This document shows, piece by piece, positions 10,368-20,366 of a stretch of 64,000 nt of DNA. This DNA is from Polyangiaceae bacterium. GTDB lineage: Bacteria > Myxococcota_A > Polyangia > Polyangiales > Polyangiaceae. Location of the stretch: assembly GCA_965222375.1 (NCBI GenBank), contig CBDCTZ010000015.1, positions 1,088,001-1,152,000 of the forward strand, in the 5' to 3' direction. The position numbers and the translations under genes were made by a program. Under the pieces are notes generated by a model that saw only the letters and a program-made list of their open reading frames with translations, was not told the DNA's origin and did no database searches. Within the stretch, counting starts at the first letter, position 1; the number at the start of each line of letters is the position of its first letter.

Positions 10368-11924
10368 ATGCGTCGGGACACGGTAGTCAGCGCGGCAGCG
10401 GCTCTAGGAATGCTTTGCGGGTTGGGGTGTAGCTCCCATCCGCCGAGCGAGAGCCAAGCGACCCAGAAACCACCGACGCAATCTGCCAGCTCCGACACCT
10501 ACCGCTACGTCTTCGGCGTGGACGCCGCGAGCGGCATGGTGAAACATGGCGCTGCTCATCGCGTCGTCGATCTAACCGCCGGCAAAGCCGAAGCCATCGA
10601 CACCGCCAATCGCCCCTCGTCCCTTCACCCCGAACTCGCCGGTGCCGAGCACCACAGCTTCGACGCGACGCTGGTCAGCGGCGAGACCGACTGGAACGTC
10701 TTTCCGTCAGACTGGTGGCCTCAGCACCAAAACGGCATTGCCAAGAGGTGGCCGGGCGCCACGGACGACTACTCGAACCCAAGCGACGGCGAGAACCTCT
10801 CACCCGTAGAAAAGTACGATCTGCTCTTCCATCCGGGGCGCCCTCAAACGGTCCACGAGGTCTCCCATTGGGACTACGAAGATACCAAGAAGCCCGAATC
10901 CGCCAGAAGCCCCAAACATTCTCACCCCAGGGTTATCGTGATCGGACCCGCGACCAAGTGGGAACTCGAACACCACGGCGTCTACCAGGCCTTTTCTCAC
11001 CCCGAATCGGGCTGGTGGGGGCACTGCAACGGTTGGTCGTCCTACGCTACGACCGAGCCCCTGGGCGCCCCCAAGAGAGACATCTGGGTCCGGCATCGAA
11101 ACGGCTGGCAGGCGGATCCCTTCGCGCCGCCACCGAAGGAGCCGGACTTGGTCGAGTGCTCGGCGGACGAAGAGGACTGCGTCTTGTTCCGAGCCGGCGA
11201 CATCGAAGCCCTCATGACCGAGCTGTACTTCAGCGATCAGGCAACGATGGCGGGGCGTCGCTGCGAGCAGGCAGCTGGCCAGATGGAGCTGGATGCTTTC
11301 GGCAGGCCGACGGACCCCGCCTGCCGAGACCTGAATCCGGGTTCTTTCCACATCGCGGTCACAGGCCTGTATGGCCGGGGCGCCAAGCACCTCGGTTCGG
11401 GAGCCGAAGGGCGCCCGCCATTCATCATCGACTTCGCAGCGGACTGGCAGGTTTGGAACTTTCCAGTACTCAAGTTCGAAATCGCCGAGGCGCAGGAGCT
11501 GACTCACAGCGAAGCGGCAGGGCTAGTCAGCGCGTCCAGCTACGTGTTCAACGAAGAGGCCGAACGCTTCACTCGAGTCCGCCTCTTCTTCTGGATGGTG
11601 TCGGATGCCGTGGCCCCTGAGCAAATGCTGCTGCCGGCAGCCGACCGCGTCGTCGAGCCCCACAAGGTCGAGGTCAACTACGTGCTGGAACTGGACGCAG
11701 CCGGCACCATTCTCGGAGGCGAGTGGATCAATCAACCCATGACCGTGGGTGGGCCCAACAACCAAGAGCTGCATCCGGACTTCTTCTGGATTGGAACTTC
11801 TCACGCCGGGTACGACGAAACTGGCAACGACACCGGCGGCGACAACGACAACCCGTACCTGAACTACTACTACGCCCGCGCCCTCCTGCAGTGCGCCAAC
11901 GACGCTTCGAGCTGCAGCCCCTGA
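10368..11924 (+). CDS. Transglutaminase-elicitor (Phytophthora GP42-type) family lipoprotein
   Basis: GGAGG RBS; lipobox LGC; WWP..NGIAKRW, LSPVEKYD, WWGHCNGW, RDLNPGSFH, VWNFPV, YVLELD...GGEW, HPDFFW. Confidence 0.8.
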   Translation: MRRDTVVSAAAALGMLCGLGCSSHPPSESQATQKPPTQSASSDTYRYVFGVDAASGMVKHGAAHRVVDLTAGKAEAIDTANRPSSLHPELAGAEHHSFDATLVSGETDWNVFPSDWWPQHQNGIAKRWPGATDDYSNPSDGENLSPVEKYDLLFHPGRPQTVHEVSHWDYEDTKKPESARSPKHSHPRVIVIGPATKWELEHHGVYQAFSHPESGWWGHCNGWSSYATTEPLGAPKRDIWVRHRNGWQADPFAPPPKEPDLVECSADEEDCVLFRAGDIEALMTELYFSDQATMAGRRCEQAAGQMELDAFGRPTDPACRDLNPGSFHIAVTGLYGRGAKHLGSGAEGRPPFIIDFAADWQVWNFPVLKFEIAEAQELTHSEAAGLVSASSYVFNEEAERFTRVRLFFWMVSDAVAPEQMLLPAADRVVEPHKVEVNYVLELDAAGTILGGEWINQPMTVGGPNNQELHPDFFWIGTSHAGYDETGNDTGGDNDNPYLNYYYARALLQCANDASSCSP

Positions 11925-12053
11925 GACCAACGCGTCCCTCGAACAGCGACAAACGCCACCGCAACTTTCAGACCCGCGCACGAGCGGACTCGTCGCGTGC
12001 TTTCACTGCCCGACTTGCCGGGCGTCCGACCCCCGAAACACAGGAGTGATTCC

Positions 12054-13670
12054 ATGTCCCGTCGAATGAAGATGATGAGCTGTGGCCTATCCCTGCTCGC
12101 AGCAATGAGCTCGGCAGTCACGGCAGATGCAAAACCAGGGCTCGACCCCTCCTTTGGAGACGCTGGCTCGCTCCTTATGTCCGCGGGCGGCTCGGACGAC
12201 CAAGCATACGCTCTGGCACTACTTCCCGACGGAAGGATCGCCGTCACTGGAGTGGGTTGGCCCGGAACCATGTCGCGGCTCATCGTGCTCGTGGTCGGTC
12301 CGAACGGAGTGCCGGACCCTGGCTTCGGAAGCTCGGGCTGGGTGTCGACGTCGGCGGGAACCACCAGCAGCGGGGGCTGGGGGATTGCTGTCCAGCCCGA
12401 CGGCAAGCTGGTCGTGGGCGGCTACGCCTTCAACGATCATGGAAGCGAATTCGTGTTGGCGCGCTACCTACTGACGGGAGCGCTCGACCCCACCTTTGGC
12501 GACGCGGGGCTCGCAACGGGTCCGGAGCGAGCTGGCGATGATGGGGCGCGGGCACTGGCGTTGCTGCCGGATGGCAAGATTGCATTGGCGGGCTACGTGT
12601 CGCAGCAGACTAGTAGCGGGGTGGCGGGATCCGTACTCGCGACGGCACGGTTTACCAATACCGGCCACGTGGACACATCCTTCGGCGATCAGGGTTGGGT
12701 GTTGCGAGATCCAAGCAACGACCTAGCGGAGCTTCGTGCGCTGACTTTCGACGACAGCCAAAAGCGACTGCTCGGCACTGGGTTCGCCCATTTCAACCAC
12801 AGCGACCGCGCCGAAATGGTGATTCTCGGCTCGAAGCTGGACGGAACTCCGGACGCCAGCTTCGGCGGCAACGGCCTGGTGACAACGGCCTTCACGGGGT
12901 TTCCGTTCGCGCAAGCCGAAACAGTGCACATCGACGCCAAGGGGCGCATCCTCGTCGGAGGTTGGAAAGGAGTCGACCACAAGACTCGTGACTTTGCGCT
13001 GACTCGCTACGATCACAAGGGCAAGCTCGACTCGTCCTTCGGCGGCGACGGACGAGTGGTGTCTGACTTTGGTTCGTCAGCGGAAACGGTGATCGGCATC
13101 GCGGAAGACTCGTCGGGCCGCGTGCTAGCGATCGGTAGCGTGGATGGCTCCTATGCGATCGCCCGCTACGAAGAAAACGGAACCTTGGATGCGACCTTCG
13201 CCGACAAGGGCATTCTTCGACTCGATACGTGTACAGGAGCGGCCCAGGCCCGAGCCGCGAAGGTCCAACCGGATGGGAAGCTGCTGATTGCAGGGGGCTG
13301 CTTCACGACTCCCTTCAACGCAACGCTGCTGCTGACCCGAGTCACCGGCTTGGACTTGAAGGGTGCTCCAACAGGCAACGGCGGCGCAGGGGGCGGCAAT
13401 GCTGGCGGGGCTTCGGGGTCGACCAGTAGCGGAGGCACGAGCGCTGGGGGCGCAGGAGGAACCGGTGGCACCGTAGGCACGCCGCCAGGACAGTCGGGCA
13501 GCCCAAATCTCGGCTCTCCAGCGAGCGGCGACAGCTCAAGCGGTTGCGCCTGTCGCACGACGAACGCTCCAAACCGGGGTGCCGCGGTGTGGCTTGCCGC
13601 CGCAGCCCTTGCGCTGATGGGGCGGAGACGGCGCACGAGCGGATCAGCACTGCGTGGTCCGGCACTTTGA
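12054..13670 (+). CDS. Delta-60 repeat (DUF5122-like beta-propeller) protein with MYXO-CTERM
   Basis: Repeated LDPSFGxxG and QPDGK(I/L)VVGG units; C-terminal SSGCAC-TM-RRRR. Confidence 0.85.
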   Translation: MSRRMKMMSCGLSLLAAMSSAVTADAKPGLDPSFGDAGSLLMSAGGSDDQAYALALLPDGRIAVTGVGWPGTMSRLIVLVVGPNGVPDPGFGSSGWVSTSAGTTSSGGWGIAVQPDGKLVVGGYAFNDHGSEFVLARYLLTGALDPTFGDAGLATGPERAGDDGARALALLPDGKIALAGYVSQQTSSGVAGSVLATARFTNTGHVDTSFGDQGWVLRDPSNDLAELRALTFDDSQKRLLGTGFAHFNHSDRAEMVILGSKLDGTPDASFGGNGLVTTAFTGFPFAQAETVHIDAKGRILVGGWKGVDHKTRDFALTRYDHKGKLDSSFGGDGRVVSDFGSSAETVIGIAEDSSGRVLAIGSVDGSYAIARYEENGTLDATFADKGILRLDTCTGAAQARAAKVQPDGKLLIAGGCFTTPFNATLLLTRVTGLDLKGAPTGNGGAGGGNAGGASGSTSSGGTSAGGAGGTGGTVGTPPGQSGSPNLGSPASGDSSSGCACRTTNAPNRGAAVWLAAAALALMGRRRRTSGSALRGPAL

Positions 13671-13751
13671 CGTCAGGGGAAGCCCGTCTGCAGCGGTTTC
13701 TGCGAGCCGCAATGACCGCTGCGAGCCCACCAAGCCATGGCGCCATCGCCG

Positions 13752-14177
13752 TCAGCGCGGAGGCGGGTTGTAGCCAGTGCGCGGGTCTCGCGCGTCCACG
13801 TCGTTGGACAGGATGCATGCGTGAGCGTTGCCCAGCGTGCACGCTCGCTCGATCAGCTCTTGACCCACCGCTTTGCTCATCACGCCCCGACCGAGAGTGA
13901 ATGCCTCGAGGCACGCCGCGGCATTGCCGCGGGTACAGCTCTGTTGGCACTCGTCCAGCTCGCTGCATCTCGCGGACGATGCGCTCGGGGTCTCGGCTGC
14001 TTCTGCGGGTTCTTCACACAAGCCCTCGATGTCGTCGCAGGAGAACGGGTCGCCCTCGGCGGGCTCTTTGCTCTCCTCGGAAACCGGCGTGTTCGGCTCG
14101 GCGGGCGCACCACCGCATGCAACGCTCACCGCGCATGCAATGCCGCCCGCGACCGCCCAGAAGGTCAGTCGTCGCAT
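13752..14177 (-). CDS. Small lipoprotein with Sel1-like Cys motif
   Basis: Lipobox SVAC; SCTRGNAAAC...ERACTLGNAHAC. Confidence 0.55.
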   Translation of the reverse strand: MRRLTFWAVAGGIACAVSVACGGAPAEPNTPVSEESKEPAEGDPFSCDDIEGLCEEPAEAAETPSASSARCSELDECQQSCTRGNAAACLEAFTLGRGVMSKAVGQELIERACTLGNAHACILSNDVDARDPRTGYNPPPR

Positions 14178-14323
14178 GGTGGGGATGGAACACAGCGCCA
14201 CGCGGCTGCCTTGGGTGCGCCCGAGCCGGCAAACGTCCGATTCTATCGATTGGGGCTCGTCAGTAGCCGACCAGCATCCACCACGCGGGCATGGAGAATC
14301 CGCCCGGTTGGGAGAACACCGGC

Positions 14324-15037
14324 TCAAGCCACCGGCAGCACGAACTCGAAATTGGCCTGCATGCCATCGGCTTTGGTGATGGTCCCCATGATCAGCGAGC
14401 TGACAATGAACGGGTCGCCCTCGTTGTAGGGGTCGTCAGGGAAATAGAGCTGGGTCGTCAGCGGCGCGTGGCCCGGAGCGGTGAGCTTCACGTGAATGTG
14501 CGCCGGGCGGTAGCGGCGTCCGTTCAGGTAGCGACCGGGAACGATGGTGCGAATGGCGTAGGCACCGGATGCATCCGTCAGCACCTTGCCACGCAAACGC
14601 AACGGGGTTGCACCTCTGCCAAAGGTGCCGTCGTTGTCGTAGCGACCGGCAGCATCCGCCTGCCACAGGTCCAAGAGTGCCTCGCTCAGTGGCGTTTTGC
14701 AGTCGCGAGACAGCACTCGACCTGTGATCACGAGCGGCACACCCTTCATGCCAGGATCGGGCAGTGATGAACGCTTGGGTGCGCCGGGGCGGTAGTATGG
14801 ACCTTCGATGTTGTCCTCGGTGACCAAGCAGAGGGCGCCCTGCGCCGGTGCGCTCGGGGATGCGCCTACGATGGGCGCGAGGGCCGGGCGCGGGCCAACG
14901 ACGGGCGCGCCGGTGTTGGCAGATTGCACCGAGGGCGCACTGCCCGAGTTCGAACTGCGACAACTGATCAATGCGCTCGGCAGCGCGCCGAGCATGGACG
15001 CCGACAGGAATACCCTGCGTGGATGTCTCGAGTTCAC
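14324..15037 (-). CDS. Intradiol ring-cleavage dioxygenase family protein (exported)
   Basis: Tat-like RRVFL; EGPYY, LWQADAAGRY, LRG, TIVPGRY, RPAHIH, TTQLYF. Confidence 0.88.
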   Translation of the reverse strand: MNSRHPRRVFLSASMLGALPSALISCRSSNSGSAPSVQSANTGAPVVGPRPALAPIVGASPSAPAQGALCLVTEDNIEGPYYRPGAPKRSSLPDPGMKGVPLVITGRVLSRDCKTPLSEALLDLWQADAAGRYDNDGTFGRGATPLRLRGKVLTDASGAYAIRTIVPGRYLNGRRYRPAHIHVKLTAPGHAPLTTQLYFPDDPYNEGDPFIVSSLIMGTITKADGMQANFEFVLPVA

Positions 15038-15074
15038 TCAGCAGCCTCCTCTCGAAGCATGAGCCACTTCGGGG

Positions 15075-16157
15075 TCAGCTCCCAGGTTTGCGTCGGGTTG
15101 GCGGAGGAGGTTTGCGAAGGTTCCGTGGCTGTTGGGCCATCTTCTCGGTGTTGTGGGGACCGCGCGGCATCGGCGGTGGGCGCTTGTCCGCGCGCTCCGC
15201 GGCGGGTGCGGTGCGCTCAGGTGCAGCTGCGGCCCGTTGGGGCGTAGGCGCGACGAATTGCGGCGCTGTCACTTGCTTTACCGCCGCTCGTGGGGCCGCG
15301 GCTTGCGGTGTTTCGGGCGGTGCGGCTTGTGGAGGCGCCGCCGGGGGGACTTGCTGGGGCAATGCCGGGGGCCCGGCCCGTTTGGGCTCCGGCGGGGGCC
15401 CGGCTTGAGGTGCTGCCCCCTGGATCTGCTGGGGCAACGCTGGGGGCCGGGGCGAAGCCTCTTGGGGCGGCGCGACCTCTTGGGGCGCAGCAGGCGGAAC
15501 GGAATCGAACTGCAGCTCTGCCGTGTCGATCTCCATCGTCATTCCCGTTTTCGAACGCAGCAGCGCCTTCAGTGCCCCGCGATTGGACGTGGCGACGAGA
15601 AAGTCGGTGGACGCAGGAGCCGTCGTCAGCGCCAACCGCTCCGCCAAGGGTGCGATGACCTTCGGCCACAGCACACGAGGCGCTACCAGCTGCTTCAATG
15701 TGTCCATGGGCGCAGCGCCAAGGAGATCGTCAATGGTGTATGGGCGCCCAGCGGCGCCATGACTGAGGGCCTGGCGCAACCCGTCGATGACCGTGTTCTG
15801 CGGAAGGCTCGAAACCAGGTCATCGCCGAGGGCCTCGATGATGCTGCGAACCTGGACCAACCCCAGACCGACCGCGCAGCTGAGTGCCGCACTCGTCACC
15901 TTTTGAGCGCGCAAGAAGCTCTCGCGCTCTTGCGAGGGGCTCGCTTTCCAGAACGGCTCCGCGGTAATGAATGACCAAACGCGGCTAGCTGGCACCGCCG
16001 ACACGATTTGGCGATGCGCGGCTCCGCCTTGCCATTCCGAGAAATGCTGCTGGAACTGCACCGGCGTGTAGATGCAATGGCGCATCACCTCGTCAACGCA
16101 GACCCCCAAGAATTCGTTGGTATCACTATCCACGTCGGCCCGCCGAGGAGCGAGCAT
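15075..16157 (-). CDS. Hypothetical protein with Pro/Ala/Gln-rich C-terminus
   Basis: Long ORF with protein-like composition; no motif recognised. Confidence 0.55.
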   Translation of the reverse strand: MLAPRRADVDSDTNEFLGVCVDEVMRHCIYTPVQFQQHFSEWQGGAAHRQIVSAVPASRVWSFITAEPFWKASPSQERESFLRAQKVTSAALSCAVGLGLVQVRSIIEALGDDLVSSLPQNTVIDGLRQALSHGAAGRPYTIDDLLGAAPMDTLKQLVAPRVLWPKVIAPLAERLALTTAPASTDFLVATSNRGALKALLRSKTGMTMEIDTAELQFDSVPPAAPQEVAPPQEASPRPPALPQQIQGAAPQAGPPPEPKRAGPPALPQQVPPAAPPQAAPPETPQAAAPRAAVKQVTAPQFVAPTPQRAAAAPERTAPAAERADKRPPPMPRGPHNTEKMAQQPRNLRKPPPPTRRKPGS

Positions 16158-16205
16158 ATCACGCGGGCGCCGAGACGCCCGACACCCGCATAAGACGGGC
16201 TAGTG

Positions 16206-16754
16206 TCAGCCGACTTTGCGGGTCACGCGGGCAACTGCATGCAGCGGCGCGTGACTGGCGATCGCTGACCGATAGCCGACGGCCCGGCGCTCGACGCTGG
16301 GTGGCGCCGGGCGGGCGACACGCCGCTCGCTCGCAGCGGGCGCTACATCGACACGGGTTTCCGCCACGCTGCGCGCCCGCAGCGCTCGCTCGATGCAGCC
16401 AATCAGCACATCTCCGTCCGTGGGCTTGAGCAGGACGCGCTGCACATTGGGCGGCAGGGTGCGGCGCCGCACCAGATCGGGCCTCGCGGTGACCACCAAC
16501 GCAATGGACCCGGACTGGTGGCGATAGAACCAGGACAAGAACCTGGAGCCGAGCAATCCGTTCACCAGCGATTCCGTGATCAGCACGTCAACGCTATTGG
16601 TATCGACGATGCGAATCGCGCGCTCGAAGTTGTTGACCCAGGAAACCTGCCACTCAGGGTGTCGCGCCAAGATTGCACGATGGCCACTAGCCAGTGCTCG
16701 CGCGTCTTCATCCACCCACAGGATTTTCGGCTTGGCGTTTCCGGTTCGGATCAT
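16206..16754 (-). CDS. Response-regulator receiver-like protein (atypical)
   Basis: ILWVDED, DVLITE, VVTA, LLKP spacing of a REC domain. Confidence 0.7.
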   Translation of the reverse strand: MIRTGNAKPKILWVDEDARALASGHRAILARHPEWQVSWVNNFERAIRIVDTNSVDVLITESLVNGLLGSRFLSWFYRHQSGSIALVVTARPDLVRRRTLPPNVQRVLLKPTDGDVLIGCIERALRARSVAETRVDVAPAASERRVARPAPPSVERRAVGYRSAIASHAPLHAVARVTRKVG

Positions 16755-16852
16755 GGCGGCAGTGAGGCAACCATCTGGCCGCCGACCGGGCCAAAATTCT
16801 TGCGCGAGTTCTCACCCGAAGCAGGAAAAACGCAGCGTGTTCAGCGTCTTAG

Positions 16853-17637
16853 TCACCACCAGTCCTTCTTGGCGCGGGGGTCCATGAAGCCGCCAGTATC
16901 GCGGATCGCGATCAGGACTTCGCTACCTCGCGCTCGCCCAAACGCCTCGTTGCCGGAAAGCGCCGGGAGCTCGTTTCGGCCCGCAGAGTCCTTGGACTCG
17001 TACAACGCGCGCAGCGACGGTTCCACGCACACGCCCTCGGCGTGAATGGTGTAGCCGCTGACCACATTGTCTTCGCCGGTGTATTTCAGCGTGATGGAGT
17101 TGTCGCTGACGTACAGTACCCGCGCCTGTTTGCCGGCGCCGATGTCGTAGCCGCTGTTGGGCAGCTCCAGAACTTCATCCGCCATGGTCGCGAAGCCGCT
17201 CAGGGTGACGTCCCAAGTTGTGATCGGCCCGGCGCCGGAGTTCGTTTTCCAGTCCCACTCATTCACGCGATAGTTCTGCACGAAAGTGGGGACCCGGTCG
17301 TCCGTGAACAGGGTATTGAGCTTGGGTGCCAAGGCGTCTGTTGGACCGTTGATGTCGACCAAGCCCAAGGTGGAGCTGGTGGGCGACCAACCGCGCAGCA
17401 CCATGTTCAAGTCCGCGTGTTGGGGCGGTGGGCGATCAGTCTTGGGGCCCACCGTCGGCGACGTACCGTAGTTGACACCGGGGATGGGCTGACATGGGCC
17501 GAGCTTCGCGCCGCCCGCTCCAGCGCTCCCACCAGCGCCGACGCCACCGCTTCCCGCGAGGCTGCCGCCTATCCCGGGAAAACCCGAGCAGGCACCCAGA
17601 GCACACGCTCCGACCGCGACAGGTCCGCGAGCGGACG
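16853..17637 (-). CDS. Hypothetical lipoprotein-like ORF; 5' end lacks a start codon (possibly broken)
   Basis: Frame of 16853-17452 extends upstream through a Gly-rich linker to VAVGACALGAC, then hits TAG with no ATG/GTG/TTG. Confidence 0.55.
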
Positions 17638-18180
17638 CCTAGGGCGACCGAAGTTCTGCACCCCGAGGTGACGGTACTTGTTGGAGGGGTTGTGTGCGTA
17701 GCCCCCACCAAGGTGGACGAAGTTCCCCCGCATGATGTTCTTGCAATGACCGGAGCTGGTCATCCATCGGCCCATGGTTTTTTCCGCAGTCGATGACCCC
17801 GCAGCGATGTTCTCGCCATAACCCGAGCCATCGTAGCCGGCAGCTTTCATTCGCTGGCTGGCTTTGCTTCCGTTCTGTCCGGTGTGGGAAAAGTAGTTGT
17901 TGTCTGCCATGTCCTCGGCATGCAGGCGCGCGCTGGTGCGCAGGGCCGAGTTCATCTCGAGGGGACCCACGGGCGGCATCTGGTCCCCGTCGCAGTTGGC
18001 GCCCTTGGCGCGCTCTTGATTGACCAGCTTCAGAATGTCGCACTTGAGCAGGTCGTTGCCGGTCGCTCCATCGCAAGCCGCAGACACGCCAGGACCGCCG
18101 CCGCCGCCTTCGTCATCGGAAGAGCTACATGCGACCAATGGCATCGACAAAAACAGAGCAACGACGAATTTGGTAGACAT
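17569..18180 (-). CDS. CAP/SCP domain lipoprotein
   Basis: LVNQER, ARLHAEDMA..NYFSH, GENIAAG, WMTSSGHCKNIM, QNFG. Confidence 0.9.
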   Translation of the reverse strand: MSTKFVVALFLSMPLVACSSSDDEGGGGGPGVSAACDGATGNDLLKCDILKLVNQERAKGANCDGDQMPPVGPLEMNSALRTSARLHAEDMADNNYFSHTGQNGSKASQRMKAAGYDGSGYGENIAAGSSTAEKTMGRWMTSSGHCKNIMRGNFVHLGGGYAHNPSNKYRHLGVQNFGRPRRPLADLSRSERVLWVPARVFPG

Positions 18181-18418
18181 GCCACTACTTTAGCCGCTGC
18201 AGCGCAGCTGCCTAGGTGTGTAGGCTGCGCCGGGTGTGGGTAGCGGTACGCTCGACAAGTCGACTGCACCGCAAACGCCGGCGAGCTTGAGGCCGAAGCT
18301 GCAATGCCTATCGGCTATCGGATTTCTTTATGCCGGGCTGGCCAGGACACCACCTGCCGAGACGGGGTGGTTCGCCGATGTTAGCCACAGGAAGTAGTAT
18401 CTTTGTCGAGAGGACGCG

Positions 18419-18985
18419 TTGCGAGGCGGTAGGTATCGAGGAGTCGCGTGGGTCAGTTACATCGCAATCGGTTCGCTTTCGGGCGCTTGCAGCACGGCTA
18501 GCTATGTCCCCAAACGCCCAGAGTCGCAGGTAACGAAATTCGGCCAGGTGACCCCGACGCAGATCCAAAGTCGGTCCCCGGGAGACACTGAGCTACGGCT
18601 GGAGACGGAACTCATCGATGGCGCACGCCTACACGGCGTGTATCATGAGCACAGCTCGGTGCCTCGCTCTTGGACCGATGAGCGCTCGCTGCACAACACA
18701 ACCCCCGCTGGACGAACGCGTTGCTCCCGCCACGTTGTCAGTCGCGTCGCTCTCGATGGAGTCACCGACTATCACGGAGTTTCGCGCGACGTGAGTGGCC
18801 AGCGGCGCATCACATTGCCAATTTGGCTCATCACCCGCCGCGGCCGCCCCGATGGATGGCCCCGGCGAGCCGCCGCATTCGCGCTCGGAGTCGAGGTACC
18901 GATTGGTGTGTGGCACGACACGGGGGCGGGTGAGACCACCTGGTTCGGCGGCATCGGCCTGACCACGGCATGGCCAATGTTCTGA
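18419..18985 (+). CDS. Hypothetical lipoprotein-like ORF, possibly decayed
   Basis: LSGAC lipobox and a beta-strand-like C-terminus; middle looks discontinuous. Confidence 0.3.
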   Translation: MRGGRYRGVAWVSYIAIGSLSGACSTASYVPKRPESQVTKFGQVTPTQIQSRSPGDTELRLETELIDGARLHGVYHEHSSVPRSWTDERSLHNTTPAGRTRCSRHVVSRVALDGVTDYHGVSRDVSGQRRITLPIWLITRRGRPDGWPRRAAAFALGVEVPIGVWHDTGAGETTWFGGIGLTTAWPMF

Positions 18986-19132
18986 TGCCCTGGACCCAGA
19001 AGTCAGGGTCGAATTGGCTTCGCCGTTCCACCCGCCCCCCCGCCACGGCTGAGGCAGCATACGGTGACCAGGACTCAGCCGTCGGGCACGTCGAAACCAG
19101 ACCTCGATTTGGGTGACGTTCCCACGGTCCGC

Positions 19133-20353
19133 TCAGAAAGCCTTCAACCCGTCCATCAGGCGTTTGCTGATCACGATGCGTTGGATCTGACCGGTGCCTT
19201 CGAAGATGTCGTAGACCTTGATGTCGCGGAACCACTTTTCGAGCAGGGCGTGGTCTTCGCTCAGGCTGCCGTGGGCGCCGCAGATCTCGATGGCGTCGTA
19301 GCAGGCGCGGATCGCGGCTTGGCCTGCGAGGGCCTTGCTCATGGAAGCTTCTTTGGCGTTGGGGATGCTGTGGTCCGCCATCCACACGGCCTTCCAGGTC
19401 AACATGCGCGCGGCCTCGAGCTGACGCCCCACGCGCGCCAATCGCTCGGCTATGGCCGCATAGCGCGGGATGGGCCGTGACAGCACGTAGTTGTCTTTCA
19501 CGAAGTCGCAGGCGTACTCGTACGCGGCTCGCCCGATGCCGATGGCCATGGCGCCGACCAGCGGACGCGTGTTGTCGAAGGTCTTCATAGCGGTCATGAA
19601 ACCCTCCTTGGTCTGGTACTTCTCCTCGCCGCCGAGCAGGTTCTCGACGGGCACGCGACAATCCTCCAAGACGAGCTCTGCCGTCTCGTTGGCGCGCAGG
19701 CCCATCTTTTCTTCGATCTTGCCAACGAAGAACCCGGGAGTGCCCTGCTCCACCACGAAGGCGCGATGGCCGGCTCGACCCTGGGAAGGATCGACGGTCG
19801 CAAAGATCACGACCCAGGACGCACGCCCGCCGTTGGTGATGTAGCACTTGCGCCCATTGAGCACGTAGGCGTCGCCGTCCTTGCGACAGCTGGTTCGGAT
19901 CGCGGCGACGTCGCTACCCGCGCCCGGCTCCGTCAAACCATAGGCGCCCCAGCGAAGTTCATCGCTCATGTCGCGGAAAATCCCGAAGAAGCGTTCCTTT
20001 TGCTCCGGGGTGCCGGTCGCGCGCAGTGGCGGCCCACCCAAGCCCGCGCCGGGCATGCACAACATGATGCTGGCGTCCGCCCAAGCCAACTCTTCGGCGC
20101 CAATTGCGGCCGTGCGATTGGCCTGACTGGGCTTCTTGGGGTCGCGTTGCTTGGGCCCCTCTTGAAAGTCCTCCATGGGGTTGGCGTCACCCTTCATGGC
20201 CTGACTCATGTTGTAGAAGTTGCGCAGGAAGTCGGTGTCGACTTCCTTCTCCCGATCCCACTTGAGGCTCTGAGGTCGGATGACGCTCTTGCCCATGTCC
20301 TTCAGCGCTTCTTTCAGCATGCGCTGCTGGCCGTTCAGCTCTAGTTCGTACAT
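19133..20353 (-). CDS. Acyl-CoA dehydrogenase (catalytic Glu present)
   Basis: LTEPGAGSD, LNGRKCYITNG, KMGLRA, FRDIKVYDIFEGTGQIQ. Confidence 0.95.
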   Translation of the reverse strand: MYELELNGQQRMLKEALKDMGKSVIRPQSLKWDREKEVDTDFLRNFYNMSQAMKGDANPMEDFQEGPKQRDPKKPSQANRTAAIGAEELAWADASIMLCMPGAGLGGPPLRATGTPEQKERFFGIFRDMSDELRWGAYGLTEPGAGSDVAAIRTSCRKDGDAYVLNGRKCYITNGGRASWVVIFATVDPSQGRAGHRAFVVEQGTPGFFVGKIEEKMGLRANETAELVLEDCRVPVENLLGGEEKYQTKEGFMTAMKTFDNTRPLVGAMAIGIGRAAYEYACDFVKDNYVLSRPIPRYAAIAERLARVGRQLEAARMLTWKAVWMADHSIPNAKEASMSKALAGQAAIRACYDAIEICGAHGSLSEDHALLEKWFRDIKVYDIFEGTGQIQRIVISKRLMDGLKAF

Positions 20354-20366
20354 CTCTGGTTCCCTC

